Source: an uncultured bacterium (lineage in GTDB: Bacteria; Fermentibacterota; Fermentibacteria; Fermentibacterales; Fermentibacteraceae). From it: a DNA stretch of 64,000 nt. The notes under the pieces are model-generated. The model did no database searches. It was not told the origin of the DNA and saw nothing but the letters and a program-made list of their open reading frames with translations. Shown here piece after piece: positions 33,271 through 42,940 of this stretch (position 1 is the first letter of the stretch; each line of letters starts with the position of its first letter). The DNA lies in the NCBI GenBank assembly GCA_964569245.1, contig CAZMTK010000004.1, positions 8,382 through 72,381 of the forward strand, in the 5' to 3' direction. The position numbers were made by a program, and so were the translations under genes.

Positions 33271-33440
33271 CAGGTTGAAGATGCTTGAGAAACAACCGCA
33301 TCCTGTTGATCGCCATTGCACAGAGCGCATCCGAGATCCCCGGGGGCGGCGTCGGCAGGACCGGCCTGCCGCAGTCAGCTCTTGCCGCCGATCAGAACAT
33401 GGTTCTGAACGACGGCGGTTTCTCAAGCTTCTTCAACCTG
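33271..33440. repeat. About 170-bp intergenic element bounded by imperfect 26-29-bp inverted repeats (caggttgaagatgcttgagaaac... / ...gtttctcaagcttcttcaacctg)
   Basis: IR-L at 33271..33299 and IR-R at 33415..33440, with one mismatch and a 3-nt indel. The arms are AT-richer than the genome. An inner hairpin CGGCAGG-accgg-CCTGCCG is present. Confidence 0.45.
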
Positions 33441-33456
33441 ATACTGAAGGTCGGGG

Positions 33457-34764
33457 CTAGTAGATCAGGTAGTAGATTCCGGCGGACAGCCAGAAGGGCT
33501 CGAGAGCGACCTCCGAGAAGTACAGCTCGTCGTCGCCGGCCTCCCTCGCCTGGCCGGAAGCCTCCTGTACGGTCCACGAATCGGCCGGGAGGCCGAGGAA
33601 GGAGCCGACCGATGCCGACAGCCCCAGATGGGATGCGGGCAGGTACTCCAGGCAGGCTTCGGCCAGGCCTCCGGCAGTGACGGAGGAGGCATCGGTCGCG
33701 AGGTACTCGACCGCCACCTCCTGGACCAGGAAGTCCACCATTCCGCCCGCCGTCAGCCGGAGGGCGAGCACAGGCGCGGCGACCGGGATCCTCGGGCCGG
33801 CCCTGAGCTCGACTCCGACGGCGGACAGGTTCTCCATGGTTCCCGCCATGAGGCTGCCTCCGAAGCACAGACCCCATCTGTAGCTGTCCAGTCCGAGCCT
33901 GACGAAGCTCAGCATCCCCGAGCCGGAGAAGTCCTCCTGCTCCGCCCCCTCCTCGAGCTCGACCGGAAATCCAGCCCAGCCTGCGCGAAGGAGGGCCGGC
34001 GCGCCCTGCTCGACAGCGGTGACAGGCCCGCCCGGAGCCAGCCTTCCAGCGAGCAGCCTGGCACGCGAGCCGCCTTCGTCGCACCTAACGACCTGCAGCA
34101 GGCCCCGGCTCCTGAGGTGCTCGTAGCCCTCCGGTGTGACGGGTATTTCCGAAGCGCTGGCCACGGCCGACAGGAACATGCCCGTCCGCAGACCGTCAAC
34201 CGAGCCTGCAGGGATGTCCTGGAGCCCCCCGACGGATGCGGTGAAGCCGACCTCCACGGGGAAGACACGAAGCAGCATCCCGTCGCACAGACGGGCCGCC
34301 GCCCCTGCCGCCAGGCCGTCGAGATCGGGGACCAGAGGCGCCTCCGTCTCGGCCCAGGCGCTCTCCTCGTCGGTTCCCACCAGATCGCCGGATGAAGTGT
34401 AGAACCTCGCCGAGACGGTGACGGTGGTCCTTCTGGACTCGAAGAGCGAATCCCCCCTCCACGAGGTCCTCGGCGGCTCCTCCTCCGGCGGTCTCACGGT
34501 CAGCATGCACAGGAATTCGAGAGACTGGTCGGAAGCCAGTGACTGGATATCGCTGATGAGATTGTCATGCAGCGATACGGAGCTGTCGGGCATGACGACC
34601 GGCTCGAACCGTCCGCTCTCCGCCACGCACTCCTGCATCACCTCGAGAAGAAGAGAGGGGTCTATCCCGGCGGGGCAATCGAGGATCGCGAGCCCCATTC
34701 GCGGGATCGAGGCGGCGGACACGGAGCACGCGAATGGAAGAACTGCCAGGACGCGCAACAGCAT
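33457..34764 (-). CDS. Hypothetical exported protein (third gene of the ECF sigma / anti-sigma operon)
   Basis: 435 aa with a signal peptide (MLLRVLAVLPFACSVSAAS) and an aromatic C-terminus (GIYYLIY). Confidence 0.5.
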   Translation of the reverse strand: MLLRVLAVLPFACSVSAASIPRMGLAILDCPAGIDPSLLLEVMQECVAESGRFEPVVMPDSSVSLHDNLISDIQSLASDQSLEFLCMLTVRPPEEEPPRTSWRGDSLFESRRTTVTVSARFYTSSGDLVGTDEESAWAETEAPLVPDLDGLAAGAAARLCDGMLLRVFPVEVGFTASVGGLQDIPAGSVDGLRTGMFLSAVASASEIPVTPEGYEHLRSRGLLQVVRCDEGGSRARLLAGRLAPGGPVTAVEQGAPALLRAGWAGFPVELEEGAEQEDFSGSGMLSFVRLGLDSYRWGLCFGGSLMAGTMENLSAVGVELRAGPRIPVAAPVLALRLTAGGMVDFLVQEVAVEYLATDASSVTAGGLAEACLEYLPASHLGLSASVGSFLGLPADSWTVQEASGQAREAGDDELYFSEVALEPFWLSAGIYYLIY

Positions 34765-34791
34765 CGGGGCTCCTCTCTAGGCGGAACCTGG

Positions 34792-35940
34792 CTATTCCAG
34801 CATCATCTCGGACATCTCGTCCGCCGATACCACGAGCATGCTGTCCGAACATGCGGCACGGAGTGAATCCTTCCAGCCGGGGAAGGCCTCGTCAAGGACT
34901 TCGGCGTCGGGAGAGGAGGGCGTCCCCTCGGCGTCGAAGAACAGGACGAACCTCCTGTCGGCCATCCTGGCCCTGGTCTCGAAGTCGGACTCCTGCCGGT
35001 CGGAAGCTCCGGCAGTAGAGGAGGCCGTCTGGGAAAGAGCAGGACACTCCTCTACGGCTCCAGCAGCCGCCGGTTCCGCATCGTCGGCAAGGCTTGTCAG
35101 GTCTGCCTGCCCCTCCGCTGCGCAGGGTCCGAAGAAGCGGACGTCCGAGCCGTAGTCGCCGTCGCAACTGGGCGATGCTGGCGTGCCGCTCCCGGCCAGT
35201 CCTCCGGAGCCCCCGGCTGGAACGGCGCCTCCGCCGCCGGATGCAGCGAGTCCGACCGCGAGGTTCTGCAGGCATCCGGCAGCGGCCTGTTCCTCCCCGG
35301 AATAGACCGCGCCTTCCGTCTGGGCCTCGAGCGTTCCGATCTCTGGCGACTCGCCCAAGGCTTGCTCCAGGTTCCAGCCTGCGGCTTCCTCGGGCGCGTA
35401 GCTCCGAGCGAAGTCGAAAGCGCCGGTCACTACGACGGTCTCGGGTGCGGCCGCGACTGCGGCCTCAGGCTCGAGCCCGGCCGGCGTCCGCTCCTGCTCC
35501 GCAGGAAGTTCTTCCGATTCGCCCCCGGCGAGGCCCTCCTGCGTCTGCAGAGTCGTCCCTTCGGTCATCCTCTCGCTGCCGAACCCGGCATCCGACGTAA
35601 ACGTCTGCTCCGGCTGCCTCACGAGGCTGCCGCTCCCGCCGATGAACTTCATGCCGGCCACCGCAACGAGCAGGGCCGCCGCGACCGGGATGGCCCACCG
35701 CAGCAGACTGCTCCTGCGCACTGGACAGCGGATGCGCAGCTCGCGCTGCAGCCTCTCGAACTGGAAGTCAGACGGTTCCCGGTAGGAATCCCTCCATGCG
35801 GCTTCCATCCTCGCCTGGCTCGACACGAGCGACGCGCAGCGGCTGCAGGTCCCGATGTGCGCCTCGATCCTCTCAGCGTCCCGCCCGCCCAGCTCTCCGT
35901 CGGAGAAGGCCATCAGCTCGTCGAACGAGGGGCACTTCAC
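34792..35940 (-). CDS. Anti-sigma factor (zf-HC2 type) with one transmembrane segment and an acidic, low-complexity periplasmic domain
   Basis: HxxxCxxC motif (EAHIGTCSRCAS) and a transmembrane helix (WAIPVAAALLVAVAG). The GTG start overlaps the ECF sigma stop (GTGA). The track ORF is extended at its N-terminus. Confidence 0.7.
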   Translation of the reverse strand: MKCPSFDELMAFSDGELGGRDAERIEAHIGTCSRCASLVSSQARMEAAWRDSYREPSDFQFERLQRELRIRCPVRRSSLLRWAIPVAAALLVAVAGMKFIGGSGSLVRQPEQTFTSDAGFGSERMTEGTTLQTQEGLAGGESEELPAEQERTPAGLEPEAAVAAAPETVVVTGAFDFARSYAPEEAAGWNLEQALGESPEIGTLEAQTEGAVYSGEEQAAAGCLQNLAVGLAASGGGGAVPAGGSGGLAGSGTPASPSCDGDYGSDVRFFGPCAAEGQADLTSLADDAEPAAAGAVEECPALSQTASSTAGASDRQESDFETRARMADRRFVLFFDAEGTPSSPDAEVLDEAFPGWKDSLRAACSDSMLVVSADEMSEMMLE

Positions 35941-36536
35941 TTCACATCCTCCATCAGGTGCGCCACTGAGCGCCGCACCTCGGTCCTCGCCCTGCTGAGA
36001 CGCGACATGACGGTTCCCAGAGCGATGCCGAGTGTCGATGCTATCTCGCTGTAGCTGAGCTGCTGATCCACCCTGAGGACGAAAACGGCCCGGAGGGGCG
36101 GCGACAGCTCCTCTACTGCCGCCTCTATCGCCCTGGCGAGCTCCTCGGCCTGGGCTCTCTCGCCAAGGTCGTCGGGAACCGACTGGAGACCGTCCGCCCC
36201 GTATTCCTCGTCGTACTGCACCTCTCCGTGACGCCTCCGCCTCTGAGACATGTTGATGGCCAGGTTGGAGGTGATCCTGTAGATCCAAGTGAAGAACCTG
36301 TATCCCGTGTCGAAGCCGGGCATGGCCTGCATCGCCCTGATGAACGCCTCCTGCGTGATGTCCCAGGCGTCGTCGTCGTTCAGGCACATGCGTCTCGCCA
36401 CCCTGAAGACCCTCTTCTGGTACTTCGCGACGAGCTTGCCGAACGCATCCCTGTCACCGTCCCTGGCCAGCCGGAGGAGATCGAGGTCCTCCTCGTCTTC
36501 GCTCCGCAGGGCCGACAGTAATACAGACAGGAGCAA
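35937..36536 (-). CDS. ECF (group 4) sigma-70 factor
   Basis: Sigma-70 regions 2 and 4 (FRVARRMCLNDDDAWDITQEAFIRA ... LSYSEIASTLGIALGTVMSRLSRAR). Confidence 0.9.
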   Translation of the reverse strand: MLLSVLLSALRSEDEEDLDLLRLARDGDRDAFGKLVAKYQKRVFRVARRMCLNDDDAWDITQEAFIRAMQAMPGFDTGYRFFTWIYRITSNLAINMSQRRRRHGEVQYDEEYGADGLQSVPDDLGERAQAEELARAIEAAVEELSPPLRAVFVLRVDQQLSYSEIASTLGIALGTVMSRLSRARTEVRRSVAHLMEDVK

Positions 36537-36564
36537 GTTCTATTCCCTCTCGGGCTGTTCGCGG

Positions 36565-37035
36565 TCAGAACCGGAGGAAGAGCGCGGCACCGATGCCGAT
36601 GTCCTTCTCGAACCGCTCGTTCTCCTGCACGAATCCGAACAGGTGCGCGTCCACGTATGCGTCGAGCATCCCGTAGAGCCATGCTGCGGAGGTGAGCCAG
36701 ATCAGGTCGAGCCTGTTCTCCCTGTGCGAGATGTAGCGTTCCTCGTCGGCTGGATCTCCCGACTCGGCGAAGTCGTACCTCGCGCTCTCGGCAGCGATGT
36801 GCTCGCCGACGAGGAGTGCGAGGAGCCCGAGCTCGACTCCTCCCATGACGAGACCCTTCACGGGTTCATCGTTGTAGAACTGCCCCCATCCCGGCAGAAC
36901 AGCCGAGCGCAGGAGGGCGGCAGTGGGATTGCGTGAGGGGAGATCCGCTTGGGAGGCACCCGCTCCGCCGCCATCGCCTCCGAGAACCGGCTGCGACAGC
37001 AGATAGCCCGCGGCGAGGAATGCTGCGGGGCTCAA
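36565..37035 (-). CDS. Hypothetical protein, DUF5683-like (PGWGQFYN motif)
   Basis: 156 aa. The PGWGQ motif followed by hydrophobic helices is characteristic of a Bacteroidota-associated DUF family. It lies downstream of lpxA. Confidence 0.45.
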   Translation of the reverse strand: MSPAAFLAAGYLLSQPVLGGDGGGAGASQADLPSRNPTAALLRSAVLPGWGQFYNDEPVKGLVMGGVELGLLALLVGEHIAAESARYDFAESGDPADEERYISHRENRLDLIWLTSAAWLYGMLDAYVDAHLFGFVQENERFEKDIGIGAALFLRF

Positions 37036-37051
37036 TCGAGGCTTCCGCCCG

Positions 37052-37810
37052 TCAGCAGACCAGCCCCCGCCTGCTTTCCAGCATGAAGCGGGCCAGGTTC
37101 TTCGCCTCTTCCCCCCACCGGTCTTCCTGCACTATCCTCCCGGCCCTGGCCGCCAGGGTGCCCTCTCCCCTGAAGAGCAGATGGAAGGCTTCCTCCAGGT
37201 TCCTCAGGCGCTCGCCGGAGAAGCCGCGGCGCTTGAGCCCGACCGTGTTCAGCGAGGCCACTCTCAGAGGATAGCCGCCAACGAGGCAGTAGGGCGGTAC
37301 ATCCATCGGAACCCTGTACCCTCCGCCGACCATGGAGTAGGCTCCGATGCGCACGAACTGGTGCACCGGGACGACCCCTCCGATAGTCGCGTACTCGCCG
37401 ATCTCGACATGCCCGGCAACGTTGACGGCATTGGCCAGTATGACGCCCCTGCCTATCCTGCAGTCGTGGGCCACATGGGCGAAGGCCATCACGAGGCAGT
37501 CGGGGCCTACCTCGGTCCTTCCGGTGGCCGCAGTTCCGCGGTTGATGTCCGCGAACTCGCGGACCACCGTTCTCTCGCCGATGATCAGCTCGGTGGGCTC
37601 CCCGGCGTACTTGAGATCCTGGGGCTCGGTTCCTACGACGGCGTTGGGGCCGATCCTCACACCGTCAGCGAGAGTCGTGCGCCCCTCCACGACCGCGTGG
37701 GCCCCGATGCGCACTCCCCGGCCGAGCCTGACCTCGGGCCCCACGACCGCGAAGGGTCCTATTTCGGCATCGGCACCGTCGCACTCCACGACTGCTGTGG
37801 GATGGATCAT
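37052..37810 (-). CDS. lpxA: Acyl-ACP--UDP-N-acetylglucosamine O-acyltransferase
   Basis: Left-handed beta-helix hexapeptide repeats plus the LpxA C-terminal helical domain. Confidence 0.9.
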   Translation of the reverse strand: MIHPTAVVECDGADAEIGPFAVVGPEVRLGRGVRIGAHAVVEGRTTLADGVRIGPNAVVGTEPQDLKYAGEPTELIIGERTVVREFADINRGTAATGRTEVGPDCLVMAFAHVAHDCRIGRGVILANAVNVAGHVEIGEYATIGGVVPVHQFVRIGAYSMVGGGYRVPMDVPPYCLVGGYPLRVASLNTVGLKRRGFSGERLRNLEEAFHLLFRGEGTLAARAGRIVQEDRWGEEAKNLARFMLESRRGLVC

Positions 37811-39129
37811 CGCGGCACCAGCATGGCCATGAGTTCAGCCTCCGCAACTGTCTTGCCGTCCACCTTGGCCAGACCGTTCATCACGCATATCGCCCCCCGG
37901 CGCTTGATCATGTCCAGCTCGAACACGACCTGGTCGCCGGGCAGAACCGGCTTGCGGAACCTCACCTTGTCGACCCCGGTGAAATACACCAGCCATTCCT
38001 CGGGCCTCTCGACGGAGTTGAAGAGCATCAGCCCGCCCACCTGGCCCATGGCTTCTATGATCAGCACACCGGGCATGATCGGATTGCCGGGGAAGTGCCC
38101 CTGGAAGAAAGGCTCGTTGATCGTGACGTTCTTCATCCCGACGATCCGCTTCTCGGGCTCCATCTCCAGAATCCTGTCCACGAGCAGGAACGGGTACCTG
38201 TGGGGAAGGATCCTCATCACGTCGGCAACATTCCAGTCCGAGGACGCGCCGATGGGCCTGGACTGCTCCCTGGTCCTGCGGGAGCACGTCTCCGCGATCT
38301 TCTTCACGAACTGCACGTTCGACGCATGTCCTGACTTGGCCGAGATGAAATGGCCCTGCAGCCTTTGCCCGAGGAGCGAAAGGTCGCCCAGGAGATCCAG
38401 TATCTTGTGCCTCACGAACTCGTCGGGGAACCTCAGCGGCTCCCTGTTGAGGAGTCCGTCGTCGCCGATGACTATCGCGTTGTCGAGGGTGCCCCCGCGG
38501 ATGAGGTTCTTCTCCTGCAGGATCTTCACGTCCTTGTAGAAGCAGAACGTCCGCGCCGGGGCGATCTCGCGCCGGAACACCTCCGGCGTGATGTCCATCG
38601 AGGCGAACTGCGCACCCAGGACGGGATGCCGGTAGTCTATCGTGAAGCTGATCCTGAGGCCGTCGTAGGGAACCGCGGTGAGATGTGCGCCGAAGCTGTC
38701 GACAGAGACGGCCTCCGTGATCTTCAGAACCCTGGCCTGAGATTCGCTCTGCTCGAGGATTCCAGCCCTGTCCAGCACCTCCACATAGGTGGCGACCGAG
38801 CCGTCTTCCGGCTCGGGTGGCTCGTCGGAGTCTATCTCTATCATCGCGTTGTCTATGCCCAGCCCGAAGAGGGCGGAAAGAACGTGCTCCACGGTATGGA
38901 CTTCATAGTAGTTCTCGCCGAGCGTGGTCCTCCTGGACTGCTCCTCGACCTGCCTGACGTTCGAGCAGCTCACATGTATCGTCGGCCTCTTCTCGTCGTC
39001 CACCCTCACGAAGGTGATTCCGGAGTTCGGGGGGGCGGGCTTGAACGTGATGTTGGTGTCCTTGCCGGTGTGGAGCCCGACGCCCCTGTATGTGACGGAG
39101 TTCGCTATCGTGGTCTGGAACTGGCTCAC
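37807..39129 (-). CDS. lpxC/fabZ: Bifunctional UDP-3-O-acyl-GlcNAc deacetylase / 3-hydroxyacyl-ACP dehydratase (LpxC-FabZ fusion)
   Basis: 440 aa. The N-terminal LpxC domain and the C-terminal FabZ hot-dog domain ([19 protein letters not shown]) sit in a single ORF, an arrangement typical of the FCB group. Confidence 0.9.
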   Translation of the reverse strand: MSQFQTTIANSVTYRGVGLHTGKDTNITFKPAPPNSGITFVRVDDEKRPTIHVSCSNVRQVEEQSRRTTLGENYYEVHTVEHVLSALFGLGIDNAMIEIDSDEPPEPEDGSVATYVEVLDRAGILEQSESQARVLKITEAVSVDSFGAHLTAVPYDGLRISFTIDYRHPVLGAQFASMDITPEVFRREIAPARTFCFYKDVKILQEKNLIRGGTLDNAIVIGDDGLLNREPLRFPDEFVRHKILDLLGDLSLLGQRLQGHFISAKSGHASNVQFVKKIAETCSRRTREQSRPIGASSDWNVADVMRILPHRYPFLLVDRILEMEPEKRIVGMKNVTINEPFFQGHFPGNPIMPGVLIIEAMGQVGGLMLFNSVERPEEWLVYFTGVDKVRFRKPVLPGDQVVFELDMIKRRGAICVMNGLAKVDGKTVAEAELMAMLVPR

Positions 39130-40157
39130 TTGGCGCCCTCCCCCTCCCCGCTCGAGAAGCCCGGGAGATCCTTCAGGCGGTCCAGAATCTCGGGAAGCCG
39201 CGACAGGGCCGCGTCCACCCGCAGGGCCCGCGCGTGAGGTCTCGCCGGATATCCAGATACCGTCTCGCCCGCCCTGACGCTCTTCGTCACGCCGGCCTGA
39301 GCCGCAATCGTGGCTCCGTCACCGATCTCGAGGTGCCCCGACAGCCCGGCCTGCCCGCCGAAGACGACCCCGGATCCGATTCTGGTGCTGCCCGAGATGC
39401 CAACCTGGGCGGCAAGGAGGCAGCCCGGGCCTATCGAGACATTATGGGCCACATGTATGAGGTTGTCTAGCTTGGTGAACCTCGAGATCCTCGTGGAGCC
39501 TGTCACGGCGCGGTCAATGGTGCAGTTGGCGCCTATCTCCACGTCGTCCTCGATCTCCACCATGCCGTTCTGCGGGATCTTCCTGTGCCCCTTCGGATCG
39601 GGAACGAAGCCGAATCCGTCCGAGCCGACGACCGTTCCTGCATGAATGACGACCCTGTCGCCCACCACCGTCCCCGCCTCCAGGACCACTCTCGGATGCA
39701 GACTGCAGGAGCGCCCGACGCTCACGCACGGCCCGATGTAGCAGCCGGCCCCGACGGAGGTCGAGTCTCCTATCCGGACCTCCCTGTCTATGACGGCGCA
39801 GGGCCCTACCGAGACACGGTCGCCGAGCACGGCATCGCCTGCCACGACAGCCGAGGGGTGCACCCCGCGGAACGCGCTCGAACGGTCCGGGGCGAAGATC
39901 TCCAGCGCTCTCCTGAAGCCCTCGTAGGCGTCGCCTACGAGTATCAGGTTCCGCGCTGACGTCTCGACCCTGCGGGAGGCTATCACGGCCAGGGACCTGG
40001 TGGTCGAGAGGAACTTCTCGTACCTGGGATTGCCGAAGTAGCAGACCTCGTCGGGACCGGCATCCTGGATCGAAGCAACGCCCTTCACGGGCATCCGGCC
40101 GTCGGGCCCCTCCAGGCTCCCGCCCAGCGCCGACGCGAGCTCACTGAGGCTGGGCAC
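39126..40157 (-). CDS. lpxD: UDP-3-O-(3-hydroxyacyl)glucosamine N-acyltransferase
   Basis: LpxD N-terminal domain plus hexapeptide repeats. Confidence 0.9.
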   Translation of the reverse strand: MPSLSELASALGGSLEGPDGRMPVKGVASIQDAGPDEVCYFGNPRYEKFLSTTRSLAVIASRRVETSARNLILVGDAYEGFRRALEIFAPDRSSAFRGVHPSAVVAGDAVLGDRVSVGPCAVIDREVRIGDSTSVGAGCYIGPCVSVGRSCSLHPRVVLEAGTVVGDRVVIHAGTVVGSDGFGFVPDPKGHRKIPQNGMVEIEDDVEIGANCTIDRAVTGSTRISRFTKLDNLIHVAHNVSIGPGCLLAAQVGISGSTRIGSGVVFGGQAGLSGHLEIGDGATIAAQAGVTKSVRAGETVSGYPARPHARALRVDAALSRLPEILDRLKDLPGFSSGEGEGAK

Positions 40158-40665
40158 TCCCGCCTCCCGTGGTGGAGAGCTCCTGGATAACGAGGTCGGT
40201 GATGTCGAGCGCCTCGTCGGCGTAGACCACGAAGCCTCCCGCCGAGTCGAGGACCAGGTCGTAGTCGTTCTCGAGGCTCAGATTCCTCACGGCTTCGTTT
40301 ATCGCAGCGACCAGCGGCGTGACCAGCTCCTCGTTCCGCCTCTCTATCGTGCCTCCCGGGCCGAACGTGGACGCCACGAACTGCTCCAGCTCACTCTTCT
40401 TCGTCTCGAGCAGGCTCTCGCGCTCCCTGCGGCGCTCGGGGCTCATCATCAGGGTCCGGGCCAGATCCTCCTCGATGGCGTCCACCTCGGCCTGAAGCGA
40501 GTCCGCACGAGCCTGCAGAGCCTCTATCTCCGCCTCGAGGAGCTCCCTCGCATCGGATACGGAGCCGAGGGAGTCGAACACCCTCTGCGAATCGAATACG
40601 ACTACGGTCTGCGCAGAAACGGCGCATGCGGCCGCCAGAAGCACCAGGAAAAGTCTGATGTGCAT
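40141..40665 (-). CDS. skp: Periplasmic chaperone Skp/OmpH
   Basis: Signal peptide [19 protein letters not shown] followed by a long coiled-coil. Its position between bamA and lpxD supports the call. Confidence 0.8.
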   Translation of the reverse strand: MHIRLFLVLLAAACAVSAQTVVVFDSQRVFDSLGSVSDARELLEAEIEALQARADSLQAEVDAIEEDLARTLMMSPERRRERESLLETKKSELEQFVASTFGPGGTIERRNEELVTPLVAAINEAVRNLSLENDYDLVLDSAGGFVVYADEALDITDLVIQELSTTGGGSAQPQ

Positions 40666-40708
40666 CGCCAAACCCCCGGGTTGTCCCGTGCCGGTTCCCG
40701 GCAGGAGG

Positions 40709-42940
40709 TCAGAAATCCGCACCGAACTGGAAATGCGGCTCCCAGCCCCGCTCGGGACCGTCGAATCCGTAGCCGTAGTCCAGGCCCATGACGCCGAGCA
40801 TCGGAACCTCCACCCTCACGCCCAGCCCCGCCCCCTTCCGCAGGGCGCCGAGATCGCAGGAGGCCCAGGAGCGCCATGTGTCGCCGGCATCGAAGAAGGC
40901 TGAAAGCTGTATCTGGTCGATCACCCTGAGTCGGTACTCGGCTGTCAGGATGAGCATGCTCCGGCCGCCGACGGTTTCGAAGCCCTCGATGGCGCCAATG
41001 CTCTGAGAAGGGTAGCCCCTCACGCCGTAGAACCCTGTGCCGCCGAGCTCGAAGAGCTCGTAGGCCGGCGGCTCGTCGGGCCCTATCCTGCCGAGCATGC
41101 CGACTCTGGCCCTGACCATGTAGATGAACCGCCAGAACGAGGGAATGAACCAGCTGCTGTCCAGGAGGTACTTCTGGTAGCCGATGTCCCCCCCGAGCAT
41201 GCCCCCCGCGAACTCAGTCGTGAGGATGTTCTGCGAGCCCTCTCCCGGAAAGACCTGCCTGTCCCTGCTGTCCCTGCCGATGCGGAACCTCACGGAGCTG
41301 GTCCACTGCGGCCAGTCGCGGTCCCTGAGCGAGTAGTAGTAGCTGGTGGAGTCGTCGGTGATGTTGTAGACATCCGTCTGCTCCAGCAGGTAGCGGACCG
41401 ATGCCGTGGTGTAGTCTATCCAGGGGAGTACCCTGCCGACGGTCACGGCCCCGCCCGTTCGCCTGCGGTCGTACTCGTCCCGGAAGCTGGTCGTGTGGAA
41501 CAGCTCGCCTCCCAGAGAAAGGGGCGTGTCCCTGAACCAGGGCTCGGTGAAGCCGAGCTCTATGTCCTGGGTGCGCTTGGAGAACTGGTAGTTGATGTTC
41601 ACGGACTGGCCCCGCCCGAAGAGATTCGTCTCGCCCAGCTCCAGATAGCCGTTGAATCCCTCGGTAGCGCCGTAGCCGGCGCCGAATCCGGCCCGACCGG
41701 TCGACTTCTCATCGACTTGTATGACCAGATCGATGTCGGGTGAACCCTCGATGCTCCTGAACTCGGGAACCACATTGTCGAAGTAGTTCAGGTAGTAGAC
41801 ATTCCTGAGGCTCCTCACGAGCGAGTTCCTCTGGAACAGGTCTCCGGGCTGCACTCTGAGCTCGCGCCTGATGACATTGTCCAGGGTGCGCGTGTTGCCC
41901 GAGATCTCGATCATCCGGATGTGCGCCCTCTCGCCCTCGGTTATCCGGAATTCCAGATCTATGACGCCCGCCGAGGTATCGGCGGTCACGGAGGGCTCAA
42001 CCTCGGCGTAGAAGAAACCCCTGTCCTGGAAGATCTCGTATATGGCGTCGAGAGACGACTCGAACCTGCTGATCCTGTACTCGTCGCCCTCCTCCATCCG
42101 CATGACCCTCTCGAGGGTGCTGTCGGGAACGGCTGCGTTGCCTGTGAAGGAGACTGCGCCCAGACTGTAGTGCCTTCCCTCCTCGACGGTGATCTCGAAC
42201 CTCAGGTGCCTGCCGTCCTCGAGTACGCTCCTGGTGTATCCCACAACCCTCGCATCGGGATATCCGTGGTCCATGTAGTAGCGCTCGACCTTGCCGAGGT
42301 CCTCGACGAAGTCGGATTCCCTGAACCTTCCGGAGCGCCAGAAGGAGTCCTGCCTGGTCTTCATCTCGCCCCTCAGGTCGGAGTCGCTGAATCTCGTGTT
42401 CCCGATGAAATCTATCTCGCCCACCCTGACGTCAGGACCCTCTTCGACCCTGAACAGCAGGACGCTCCTGCCGCCGGCGTCGGGATCGAGCCATTCGGCC
42501 TCGACCGTGGCGAAGTGCCGGTGCTTCTCGGCGAGGAGCGAGAGGATGAGCCTGCGTGCGGACTCGATCTCGGAGAGGGTCACTGTCTGGCCGGGGAAGA
42601 GCATCAGCGTATCCCTGAGATCCTCCTCGTCCAGCTTGTCCAGCCCCTCGAACTCCACCGAGCTGAGCAGCCTGTTCTCGCTGACCCTGAGCAGCACGTC
42701 CACCATTCCCGAGGCTGAATCCACGAGCACCTCGGCGCCCGAGAAATACCCGAGGCCGAAGATCTCCCTGAGCCCCTCGGCGGACGCTTCTACGGACCAC
42801 TGCGACCCGGGCGACAGCCCGTAGGCGCGGGCTATCAGGGAATCGCTGACGAAGTCGTTGCCCTCGATCTCGACGGAGCCCACCGGCAGGGCTCCGGCGG
42901 ACGCCGCCAGGATGACGATCGCCGAGAGGAGGTGCTTCAC
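40709..42940 (-). CDS. bamA: Outer-membrane protein assembly factor BamA
   Basis: 743 aa with POTRA repeats, an Omp85 barrel, and a C-terminal ...FQFGADF. Confidence 0.9.
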   Translation of the reverse strand: MKHLLSAIVILAASAGALPVGSVEIEGNDFVSDSLIARAYGLSPGSQWSVEASAEGLREIFGLGYFSGAEVLVDSASGMVDVLLRVSENRLLSSVEFEGLDKLDEEDLRDTLMLFPGQTVTLSEIESARRLILSLLAEKHRHFATVEAEWLDPDAGGRSVLLFRVEEGPDVRVGEIDFIGNTRFSDSDLRGEMKTRQDSFWRSGRFRESDFVEDLGKVERYYMDHGYPDARVVGYTRSVLEDGRHLRFEITVEEGRHYSLGAVSFTGNAAVPDSTLERVMRMEEGDEYRISRFESSLDAIYEIFQDRGFFYAEVEPSVTADTSAGVIDLEFRITEGERAHIRMIEISGNTRTLDNVIRRELRVQPGDLFQRNSLVRSLRNVYYLNYFDNVVPEFRSIEGSPDIDLVIQVDEKSTGRAGFGAGYGATEGFNGYLELGETNLFGRGQSVNINYQFSKRTQDIELGFTEPWFRDTPLSLGGELFHTTSFRDEYDRRRTGGAVTVGRVLPWIDYTTASVRYLLEQTDVYNITDDSTSYYYSLRDRDWPQWTSSVRFRIGRDSRDRQVFPGEGSQNILTTEFAGGMLGGDIGYQKYLLDSSWFIPSFWRFIYMVRARVGMLGRIGPDEPPAYELFELGGTGFYGVRGYPSQSIGAIEGFETVGGRSMLILTAEYRLRVIDQIQLSAFFDAGDTWRSWASCDLGALRKGAGLGVRVEVPMLGVMGLDYGYGFDGPERGWEPHFQFGADF

